From an uncultured Spirochaetales bacterium (lineage in GTDB: Bacteria > Spirochaetota > Spirochaetia > ARS1246): a DNA stretch of 29,349 nucleotides. Below the pieces are notes generated by a model. It ran no database searches and was not told the DNA's origin. It was given only the letters and a program-made list of their open reading frames with translations. Below, piece by piece: positions 16,879 through 24,571 of the stretch (position 1 is the first letter of the stretch; each line of letters opens with the position of its first letter). The stretch covers positions 1 to 29,349 of the forward strand of contig CAYLZA010000001.1 in NCBI GenBank assembly GCA_964387575.1, read 5' to 3'. Made by a program: the position numbers and the translations under genes.

Positions 16879-18003
16879 TCACCTGATAATCATCCGTTTG
16901 GAAATTTGCTGCAACCGGGGTCGCAGCATCGAGACCTCTTCATACAGCGGCTCGAGCACTCGGCGTCTCCACAATTCAAACCAGCGTGAGTTAACACCGT
17001 TTTCAAAGCTGCTCTCGAGGCTGTTTATCTCCGACGCAATCTCCTCAACCACCTGCTCCAGCGCCTGAAGCGTTTCACAACCGCCATGAAATGAGGCTTC
17101 CGCTGTCGGGGAATCGTGTATTCCGCGAACGATTTCCTCTCTGCATTTGCCTACCATCCGCCATCCGTTCCGCCGCTGCGAATCTATTCGCTCGATCGAT
17201 CGACGAATCCCGCTCGACCGGGTGTGTTCCGTGCACTCGTCGGTACCGGCTACCGACAGGATCGAATCGAGTGACGCTTCCAACCCTGTCTCGGGATTTT
17301 CGGCCATCACACATCTCGTCCATTCCGGAGTTGCGGCTGATTCGGAAGCTATGTCATCCAACAAAGAAGGAGTCCCAAAGACCCAACGTGTGCCGGCAGG
17401 CGCGTTATCACAGTGGTTCTCGTCCCACGCGCACCTGTATCTCTCCACCGCTTCAGGCATCGAAGTTATCGCCGTTTCAATCCGTGAATCAATCACGAGA
17501 GTAATCCCCATATCAACCGAGGCCCGAATCATCTTTGAGAGGATTTGCCCACTTATATGCGGGTCGAACAACGAACCGTTTTTCCCGGCGGCAATCAAGA
17601 CGCGCGTAGAATCGGGGAAAAGCGAAACCAGATCCTCGATCATATCAATAGCTGCTTTACTCACACCGGCGACGGAAATATCGAGATCAGGTTCGTGAGG
17701 AGAACGAAAATGCTCGAAAGGTTTCAGGTAGCGAGTTCGATCATCATCTGTGAACAACGACATAACAGGAACCGCTTCGCCGTCCAGATCGTCTACCGTT
17801 TTCGCACACGCTTCAATCGCCTGATCGGTGTACGCATACGCGGGAAGATGCGCCTCGCCGAAACTCCAGGGAAACAGCTCTGCAAAATCAAAAAAAAACA
17901 CGCCGATATCGGCATGACCGATCGATCGGACGATACTGATGAGTCGTTCCGGCGTCGGGGGGAAGTACCTGAAATCGAGATATACACCGTTTGGGACGAT
18001 CAT
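16879..18003 (-). CDS. Hypothetical protein resembling a GH20 (HexD/GcnA-like) barrel without the catalytic Asp-Glu
   Basis: GVYLDFR..PP..ERL...FFFDFAELFPW...AYTDQAI...EAVPV...DMIEDLVSLFP...VLIAAGKN parallels the HexD-like HLDLKG.PP / EYEDMFP / IPL / HIGxDE pattern; judged by eye. Start at ATG 18003. Confidence 0.55.
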   Translation of the reverse strand: MIVPNGVYLDFRYFPPTPERLISIVRSIGHADIGVFFFDFAELFPWSFGEAHLPAYAYTDQAIEACAKTVDDLDGEAVPVMSLFTDDDRTRYLKPFEHFRSPHEPDLDISVAGVSKAAIDMIEDLVSLFPDSTRVLIAAGKNGSLFDPHISGQILSKMIRASVDMGITLVIDSRIETAITSMPEAVERYRCAWDENHCDNAPAGTRWVFGTPSLLDDIASESAATPEWTRCVMAENPETGLEASLDSILSVAGTDECTEHTRSSGIRRSIERIDSQRRNGWRMVGKCREEIVRGIHDSPTAEASFHGGCETLQALEQVVEEIASEINSLESSFENGVNSRWFELWRRRVLEPLYEEVSMLRPRLQQISKRMIIR

Positions 18004-18054
18004 CTGCGATTTATTGTACACGCCGCGCTCCGGTGAAAACAATATACTATGACA

Positions 18055-18091
18055 ATCGCAATCTTCATTAATTGCAATCGAAGATTGCGAT
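18055..18091. repeat. Perfect 12-bp inverted repeat with a 13-nt spacer
   Basis: ATCGCAATCTTC (18055-18066) / GAAGATTGCGAT (18080-18091); the spacer contains the palindrome ATTGCAAT. Confidence 0.9.
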
Positions 18092-18121
18092 ATGTAGTAC
18101 GCCGAAGACTATGGAAAGGGT

Positions 18122-18162
18122 AAAAATGGCCGGGGGATTTTTTGGGAACCGTTCCCCCGACC
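18122..18162 (-). terminator. Probable intrinsic terminator after ftsB-tsaC
   Basis: Minus-strand GGUCGGGGGA-(15 nt)-UCCCCCGGCC followed by AUUUUU; the loop is unusually long. Confidence 0.5.
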
Positions 18163-18254
18163 CAAGCAGGAAGTTTAAGCTTGATAAATATAATCATAAT
18201 CGTCGGGAGTTCCAAATGAATTGCGACATTTGTTGTGATTGGGGCAAGCTGTTT

Positions 18255-18824
18255 TTACACTCGACGGACGTCGATCGTTTCGGGAATCGTACACTCCCCG
18301 TCCCGCAGAAGCACGTAAGGATGCTGCGTCACATCGAGAATCGTCGATGGCTTTCTATCAGGGAGCGTGCCCGCGTCGACGATGAGATCCACCGATCGTC
18401 CGAACACGCGTGAGATCTCTTCGACGCTTTTCAATGGAGGCTCACCGCTACGGTTAACGCTGGTGGAATAGATCGGACCGACGGACCTGATGACGTCGAT
18501 TAGAAACGCGTCGTCCGGCACACGAACCGCTCGTGCCCCTGATCCCACCGGGATGATGAGCGTAAGCGGTCCGGGCCACAAGGACAAAAGCTCAATTTCG
18601 ATGTTTTCCGACGACATCTTTTTTACCGATTCAGCTGATTCGACCAGCGTAATAAAGCGTTTTTCCGAAGGTCTGCCCTTTATCCGGGCGATTTTCTCTT
18701 CAGTTCCCGGTGCAATACCGACGAGACCGTAAATCGTATCACACGGAAGGACCGCGACACCGCCCTCTTTGAGGATTCGGGCGATGTGGGAGATGCTATT
18801 TTCACTTTCGACGGGAATTACCAT
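18255..18824 (-). CDS. tsaC: L-threonylcarbamoyladenylate synthase, stand-alone YrdC/TsaC type
   Basis: VLPCDTIYGL, IKGRP, WPGPLTLI, AVRVP, STSVNRSG, PSTILD; start at ATG 18824 or TTG 18833. Confidence 0.92.
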   Translation of the reverse strand: MVIPVESENSISHIARILKEGGVAVLPCDTIYGLVGIAPGTEEKIARIKGRPSEKRFITLVESAESVKKMSSENIEIELLSLWPGPLTLIIPVGSGARAVRVPDDAFLIDVIRSVGPIYSTSVNRSGEPPLKSVEEISRVFGRSVDLIVDAGTLPDRKPSTILDVTQHPYVLLRDGECTIPETIDVRRV

Positions 18825-19239
18825 AACCAACAAATGTCAGCAACACGTACAGCGAAACGGCAACGATACACCCGATTAATCTGAAGAATGCATCCTCGGT
18901 TCCCTTCGCATTATACGATTTGATCATTCTCCCGAGTGTCCGATGAAGTGAAGCATCCGATTGATTCGGCGTGAATATTCGAACTTCATTTGGTTTAAAA
19001 TACCCAATGCTTCGTGCCCGAAGTACGATTTCATCCGCCTCCGACAGGAGCATATTACGTTTTTCGCGGAGCTCTTCGCCGATCGCCTCCAGCTCAGCGA
19101 CATTCCGTTCCAGCTCGCTTTTATGCTGCATTATATCTCTGTATGCAAAAATACCGGCATCTCCCCATAGAAGCAACATACACTCATACACAAAAAAACC
19201 GACATATATGGATAATGCGATACGGAGTCCGGTTTTCAT
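18802..19239 (-). CDS. Septum formation initiator family protein (FtsB/DivIC-like)
   Basis: Single N-terminal TM, WGDAGIFAY, coiled coil, then ARSIGYFKPNE..IF (typical AR.LG...E.E motif); extra C-terminal hydrophobic helix. Confidence 0.8.
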   Translation of the reverse strand: MKTGLRIALSIYVGFFVYECMLLLWGDAGIFAYRDIMQHKSELERNVAELEAIGEELREKRNMLLSEADEIVLRARSIGYFKPNEVRIFTPNQSDASLHRTLGRMIKSYNAKGTEDAFFRLIGCIVAVSLYVLLTFVGYGNSRRK

Positions 19240-19356
19240 ATTTCAAGTTACGGCCTCGGCATCCGATTTCTTTAGGAGGTACGTCGAAGATTATGGAAAG
19301 CATGAACAGTACATTTGATGTATCTTTTTGCTTTTCATAAATTTATCAACGCGGCA

Positions 19357-19385
19357 TTGATTTTTACCGACAATTACAGTACTGT
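19357..19385 (+). promoter_or_regulatory. Possible sigma70 promoter of the acidic-protein operon
   Basis: TTGATT (19357-19362), 17 nt, TACTGT (19380-19385); the -10 overlaps the palindrome ACAGTACTGT. Confidence 0.4.
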
Positions 19386-19409
19386 GAATCATAGACTCGG
19401 GAGTTGCGC

Positions 19410-21962
19410 ATGGCCACTAATCCGGAAACTTTGTCCAGCGAGAAAGATCGGGGGCACCACCTGACATCCGAAAACAATGCTCTTAACAATAACGATGACG
19501 ATCTCGAGCAGTACGGTGTGTGGGTAAAAGTAGGTCCCGAGGATGTAGAGGAAGAACCTCCTGCTGAGGATTTCGAGCTCGAGAGCCTGCAACCCGATAT
19601 GGGTGAAAGCGAGGGCCTCACCGAAGAAGAGGAACAATTGCTTGGAGATCTCGAACAAAACGAAGAGCAGGACTCAGAAGAATCGAGCTCAATCGAAGAT
19701 ATCGATCTTTCTGATGATTTTAGTCTCGATGATACCGAAGATTTGTCGACATCCGCCGACCTCGATCTGGAAAAGGGACAGGAATCGGAGGATCTCGACG
19801 AAATAGATATCGAGGATGCCGGCGAAGAAGATTCGCTCGAAGAGCTCGATATAGAAGAGCCCGACGAAGAGCAGTCTCTCGAAGAGTTCAGCCTCGACGA
19901 TGTTGACGATTCCGAATCTCTTGACGATTTTGGTGACGAAGAAAGCGGGGAGACCGACACATCTACTCAGCTGAACACCGCCGCGGCGGATATTGAAATC
20001 GAAGATCTCGGGGACATCGATCTCGATGAGGATTTCCCCGAGGAAAGCGAAACGGACGAAGAATCTGAAGAGGAAGCTACATCACTCGAGTCACTTGAAG
20101 AAGAGGTATCTCTCGAAAGCGACGACGAGGATATGGCATCGCTCGAGGAGCTGCCGGATCTCGATATGGAAGAAGAGCTTCCTGAGCTCGATGATCTTGA
20201 AGAGCTCGATCTCGAAGAAGAATCATCAGAGCCCGAGGGAGAACCGGACGAACAGTCCGAACCTGAAGAGCTTCAGGGCGAAGAGACAACGGAAGAAGAA
20301 TCATCGGGTGACACAGCCGAGGAAATAGAGAGTCTTGAAATTGAGGAGAATGACTCCTTGCCGGGTGCCGATGAGGATCTCGATGATATCGATCTCGAAG
20401 AGCTCAAACAATCCGATTTTGGCGAAGACCTGGCGGAGCTCGAAATAGAACAGGATGAGATTTCCGATGAAATAGAGAATATCGACTTGGACGATGAACC
20501 GGAAGAGATAGAAGAGCTCGTTGAAGAGTCGGCTTCGTCTTCGGAAGATACGGATACCGAAGACGATTTGGAAGAGCTTACCGCCGACCTGGAGGAAGAG
20601 GAAGTTCCCGAGGCTGAGGAATTATCAGACGATACAGATACGGACGATTCGGATATCGATGATCTCGCCGCGCTGGAAGAAGAAATACTCGCCGACGAAG
20701 CCGAAGACGCGGAGAGCGATATGTCTTTTGCAGCTGATGTCGAATCGGACGAAACGCAGAATCTCGATATAGAGGATACCGATACGTTGAGCAACGAAGA
20801 AGAATTTGCAGACACCGTAACAGAAGAACCCTCGGGTGAAACATCGGAGACGCTCCAGAATATCGAACGCGAGTTACATGCAATACGCAATGAGCTGTCC
20901 TCGCTCAAGTCTGAGCTTGCATCGTTTCGCTCAACGGCTCCGAAAACGACTGAACAAACCGGAGAAGAACCGGAGCAAACCGAATCAGCCGGATTCTTCG
21001 ATGAAGACGAAGATGAAACAATCGCTCTAACCGGCGATGAGCTCGATAATATACTGAATACCGCAGACATCACCGAGGAAACCGAGGGAGAATCCGAGGT
21101 TCCCGAAGAAGATGATCTGCTTGATGATCTTCTCGAAGATATGGATTCCGAGGGCGAAACCGAGGAAGAAACCGCCGAGAGCGAGACCGAAGAGTTTGAT
21201 ACAACCGGATCCGCTCTGACCCTCGAGGAGGAACTTCAGGAGTCCGGCGGCGAAGAGGAACCGGAAACGTCGGAGAGTGACGAAATCGATTTTTCGTTTG
21301 ATCAGGAGCCTGAAACTGCAACGGAAGAAGCGCAGACGTCGGCGGAAGATATCGAAGAACCTGACGAGCTCGAGCTTGACTCAGTTATTGGTGAAGGTGG
21401 AGACGAAGAAGAGCTTCTCGGAAAAGAGAACATCATACCGATGGATGAAACCGAGGAGACAGCAACCGAAGAGGCTTTTGATACGACCGAAGATACCGAG
21501 GAAGCACCCGCCGCCGAATCGGAGGGTGAAGATATCGATCTCGAATCGGAAGCAGTGGATATTCCGGTCGACACCGATATAGAAGAGACTGAAGAAAGCA
21601 GCGAGACCGACACGGAAGAAGAGGAAGAGATCGTTCTCGAGCCGTTTGCCGAAGAAGATGATGAAAGCGAATCGATCGACGAAATCGAGCTCGACATCGA
21701 GCCGACGGAAGAGGAAACCGAGGAAGTCGAATCCTTAGAGGAAGCGGCGGAAGAAATGTCCGACGAGCCCGAACGGCACTCCTCCGACTTGCAGGAAAGA
21801 GAGGATATTCCTGACGACGTACGGGAAGAGCTGAAAACCGTACTGTCATATCTCGACCGGCTTCTCGAATCGCTTCCGGACGAGAAAATCCAGGAGTTTG
21901 CTCGTTCCGAACATTTTGAGGTGTACAAACGGCTTTTCGAGGAACTTGGTCTCGAGACGTAA
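19410..21962 (+). CDS. Large, extremely acidic low-complexity hypothetical protein with ordered N-terminal, central and C-terminal islands
   Basis: Open 851-codon frame; GGGAG SD 6 nt before ATG 19410; roughly 40% D+E by eye, no Cys, one Trp; non-repetitive segments DDLEQYGVWVK, LQNIERELHAIRNELSSLKSEL, FFDEDEDETIALTGDELDNIL and a helical C-terminus. Confidence 0.88.
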   Translation: MATNPETLSSEKDRGHHLTSENNALNNNDDDLEQYGVWVKVGPEDVEEEPPAEDFELESLQPDMGESEGLTEEEEQLLGDLEQNEEQDSEESSSIEDIDLSDDFSLDDTEDLSTSADLDLEKGQESEDLDEIDIEDAGEEDSLEELDIEEPDEEQSLEEFSLDDVDDSESLDDFGDEESGETDTSTQLNTAAADIEIEDLGDIDLDEDFPEESETDEESEEEATSLESLEEEVSLESDDEDMASLEELPDLDMEEELPELDDLEELDLEEESSEPEGEPDEQSEPEELQGEETTEEESSGDTAEEIESLEIEENDSLPGADEDLDDIDLEELKQSDFGEDLAELEIEQDEISDEIENIDLDDEPEEIEELVEESASSSEDTDTEDDLEELTADLEEEEVPEAEELSDDTDTDDSDIDDLAALEEEILADEAEDAESDMSFAADVESDETQNLDIEDTDTLSNEEEFADTVTEEPSGETSETLQNIERELHAIRNELSSLKSELASFRSTAPKTTEQTGEEPEQTESAGFFDEDEDETIALTGDELDNILNTADITEETEGESEVPEEDDLLDDLLEDMDSEGETEEETAESETEEFDTTGSALTLEEELQESGGEEEPETSESDEIDFSFDQEPETATEEAQTSAEDIEEPDELELDSVIGEGGDEEELLGKENIIPMDETEETATEEAFDTTEDTEEAPAAESEGEDIDLESEAVDIPVDTDIEETEESSETDTEEEEEIVLEPFAEEDDESESIDEIELDIEPTEEETEEVESLEEAAEEMSDEPERHSSDLQEREDIPDDVREELKTVLSYLDRLLESLPDEKIQEFARSEHFEVYKRLFEELGLET

Positions 21963-23027
21963 ATGGGGCTTCTGGACAAAGCACGACGGAATACGGGATC
22001 GGAAACCACCGTATCCGAACCAACAAGTGATCCACGCCTAAAAAAAAAGAGCTTCCACGCAAAAGATGAAAGGGACCAATCGGGTATTCTGAAAAAGAAG
22101 TCCGATCAGATTCTCGTCGAACAGCTTGTCAACAATCTCGCGGCCTATCATCGCGATCTCTCTTTTCCGCTTCCGGTTTTTCGGGCGATCGTTGATTCCA
22201 TCGATCTCGACGCGGCCGCGTTTCTTTTCGCAGACGCCCCCGGCGGTTACTACATACCCGTAGCCTCGGTTGGTTTCGATGTAACATCACGGCGACGGAT
22301 GCACATACCGTTGCAGTTGCTCGATCAGAATCATCGCTTGCTCGATGGTTGTTATATGCATGTCGGCCGCGACGGCCTGACATTTCTCGAACAATTTTTT
22401 TCGATTCGGGAATACGGGATGCTCGAGGAAATTGTTTTTGTTCCGTTTAATCACGAGGGGACGCCTTTCGCGGTACTGTTGATCGCCTACCATATCGAAC
22501 ATACCCGGTCGATAGAGCGTGAAGCCGATCTTGCTCAACAGATTGCACAATCGTTGAGCAAAGACCTTTACGAAGCCCGCGTACGTAAGATGCACAATCT
22601 GCCGGTACATGAAGAAGATGAAGCGGATACGGGTATAGCCGATCTTGTTTCGCGTGCGGATCGAGATCAAATGCGATTACTCACGGCCATATTCTCCCTT
22701 GCTGGTCTGATTGAGTCGATTGTTCCGGATCATGAATTTGCGGATACATATCTGTTTCGCACTGATCTCCTCAGAATATTCAAGTCCTTTATTTCATCAA
22801 ACGGCTGTCTGGTATCGCTTGGCGACGATACGTTTGTCCTGTGCATCCTGACACGAAGCGTGTCGGACGAGCATTTTATCCTCTATCATATCGGGTTAAG
22901 CCTCCAGCGTTTCTACTCACGATCCCTCGATTTTCCCTTGGTTGTTGATACGGTTCTCTACTACCCCGACGACGTCTCAAGCGTAGACGAGCTTTTTTCC
23001 AAGCTGGGTGTAGAACGTGAACAATGA
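21963..23027 (+). CDS. Hypothetical protein: basic N-terminal tail, GAF-like domain, possible degenerate GGDEF-like C-terminus
   Basis: Starts directly after the upstream TAA; AAAFLFAD...YYIPVASVGFDVTSRRRMHIP...VFVPF...FAVLLIA reads as GAF-like; C-terminal VSLGDDTFVL only weakly recalls GGDEF. Confidence 0.6.
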   Translation: MGLLDKARRNTGSETTVSEPTSDPRLKKKSFHAKDERDQSGILKKKSDQILVEQLVNNLAAYHRDLSFPLPVFRAIVDSIDLDAAAFLFADAPGGYYIPVASVGFDVTSRRRMHIPLQLLDQNHRLLDGCYMHVGRDGLTFLEQFFSIREYGMLEEIVFVPFNHEGTPFAVLLIAYHIEHTRSIEREADLAQQIAQSLSKDLYEARVRKMHNLPVHEEDEADTGIADLVSRADRDQMRLLTAIFSLAGLIESIVPDHEFADTYLFRTDLLRIFKSFISSNGCLVSLGDDTFVLCILTRSVSDEHFILYHIGLSLQRFYSRSLDFPLVVDTVLYYPDDVSSVDELFSKLGVEREQ

Positions 23028-24571
23028 TCGAAGTTCATTCCACCCGTTCCGGTAAGAAAACGGCCTCCATCCACGGTAAAGCCCTTCACTCAGCCTATGA
23101 TCCGGAAACGCAGGCTCGTCGGTACGTAGAACGCAGCTTAACCGAGGCGCAACCCTCGGTTGTGTTGATCATTGGTGAGTGCATGGGGTACGTATCCAAT
23201 GCCGTCAAGGATGCATTGCCGAGCACGAAGATCATCGCGTTTTATCTCGATTCACAGCTCAGACCTCACACCTGCCAACACGACGGGAGTATGTGGTTTC
23301 CGGATTCCAGGATGTCGCCGTTTGAGTATCTTCGCTCGCTTCTCTACGAGCAGGAGGCGGAAGGGCTTAAAGTTCTCGAATGGGCGCCGGCAATGCGGGT
23401 GTGGACCGATAACGCGTCGCTGGTCGCACAAGCGATCGGCGATATTATTCGAGAGCTCACCGGGAATATTGCTACGACAACGGGATTCGGGCGTATTTGG
23501 CTGTCGAACGCAATAAGAAACAGCCTGGAGCTCCCTGAAACAATGTGTTCGTTAAATCAAGGAGGCACTGTATTGATCGCCGCATCGGGTCCGACTTTGG
23601 GCAAAACGCTTCCCTATATTAAGGAATACCGAAATCGATTCGAGCTTTGGGCACTCCCTTCGTCGCTACGATCGCTTGTCTGCTACGGTATCGAACCCGA
23701 TCTCGTTGTGACCACGGATCCCGGATTTTATGCATCGCTTCATTATCGATATCTCCCGGAGACACCCGTTCCGACGGCGTATCCACTGACGGCGGCGTCA
23801 CGGATTCCGACCAACGGAAGAGACGCGATCCTGCTCAATCAGAACAGTTTTTTCGAAAACAGCATTCTCCGAGTCATCGATACGCACGCCTGCCCCGTGC
23901 CTGCAAACGGAACGGTCGCGGGTACCTGCCTTTTACTGGCTCATGCCTGCGAAAAACGGGTACTATACGCAGGACTGGACTTCGTCGGAGACGATATCAG
24001 AAATCACGTTCAACCGCACACGTTTGACGAGTTGATCCGTGAGACTTCTGAACGAATCCGTCCGCAGACGAGCATCCTGTATGAGCGATTCCACCGGATG
24101 AATCCGATTCAAATCACCGACCGGGCATATACAACGAGGGCTCTTCGAACGTATGCTTCCTGGTTTGATCGATATGTGAACAAACACGACGATCTCGACG
24201 TCTACAGGTTACTCTCCTCCCCGTTCCATCTCGATTCGGTAATTGATATTGACGAAAGCGATATACAATCTTTTTTGTCGAATTTACCTGACTCATCGAC
24301 AGGTATCGGTATACGAAGAGCAACACCGGGTCGTGAGAACGTTCGAAGCGGTCTTTCGGATCTGGTAAACAACTGGATACGCACACTCTCCCGTGAGAAC
24401 ACGGAGTACCGGAACACCCGACAACAGTTGCTCTATCTGCTCGAAACTCGGGCAATACTCGACGCAACCGAGATCCGACGAAGAGGATGTACAGAGGAAG
24501 CCGATAAACGTGAACGCGATGCGGTCGAGTCGGCGGTGGATTTTCTCCAATCGCTCAGTATGATTCTGTAA
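23024..24571 (+). CDS. Maf/DUF115 (MptE-like) family protein, paralog 1, divergent motifs
   Basis: ALHSAYDPETQA, WLSNAIRN, LIAASGPTL, PDLVVTTDPG, GTVAGTCL, YAGLDF; ATGA overlap with the upstream gene. Confidence 0.75.
   Translation: MIEVHSTRSGKKTASIHGKALHSAYDPETQARRYVERSLTEAQPSVVLIIGECMGYVSNAVKDALPSTKIIAFYLDSQLRPHTCQHDGSMWFPDSRMSPFEYLRSLLYEQEAEGLKVLEWAPAMRVWTDNASLVAQAIGDIIRELTGNIATTTGFGRIWLSNAIRNSLELPETMCSLNQGGTVLIAASGPTLGKTLPYIKEYRNRFELWALPSSLRSLVCYGIEPDLVVTTDPGFYASLHYRYLPETPVPTAYPLTAASRIPTNGRDAILLNQNSFFENSILRVIDTHACPVPANGTVAGTCLLLAHACEKRVLYAGLDFVGDDIRNHVQPHTFDELIRETSERIRPQTSILYERFHRMNPIQITDRAYTTRALRTYASWFDRYVNKHDDLDVYRLLSSPFHLDSVIDIDESDIQSFLSNLPDSSTGIGIRRATPGRENVRSGLSDLVNNWIRTLSRENTEYRNTRQQLLYLLETRAILDATEIRRRGCTEEADKRERDAVESAVDFLQSLSMIL

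Noticed and set aside
18100-18254. SRP, 6S or tRNA gene in the intergenic gap (GCAGGAAG resembles part of the SRP loop)
   Set aside because: No SRP helix-8 context, cloverleaf or long 6S-type duplex could be built by eye
18072-18413. 113-aa plus-strand ORF crossing the intergenic gap, with GAAAGGG before an internal ATG
   Set aside because: No recognisable motif, overlaps tsaC antisense by ~160 nt and runs through a probable terminator; cannot be supported
18802-18824. ftsB-tsaC 23-nt overlap as a functional division/tRNA-modification link
   Set aside because: An ordinary housekeeping juxtaposition; nothing in the sequence indicates a shared pathway
19410-21962. Treating the acidic gene as a tandem-repeat array, CRISPR, or Treponema pallidum Arp ortholog
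   Set aside because: No fixed-period exact repeats or spacers; it is compositional low complexity, whereas Arp has regular 20-aa repeats
19364-22062. Ser-rich minus-strand ORFs (198, 266, 235 and 209 aa) opposite the acidic gene
   Set aside because: They are antisense shadows of GAA/GAG/GAT codons, which read as TCN/CTC/ATC, and have no independent signals
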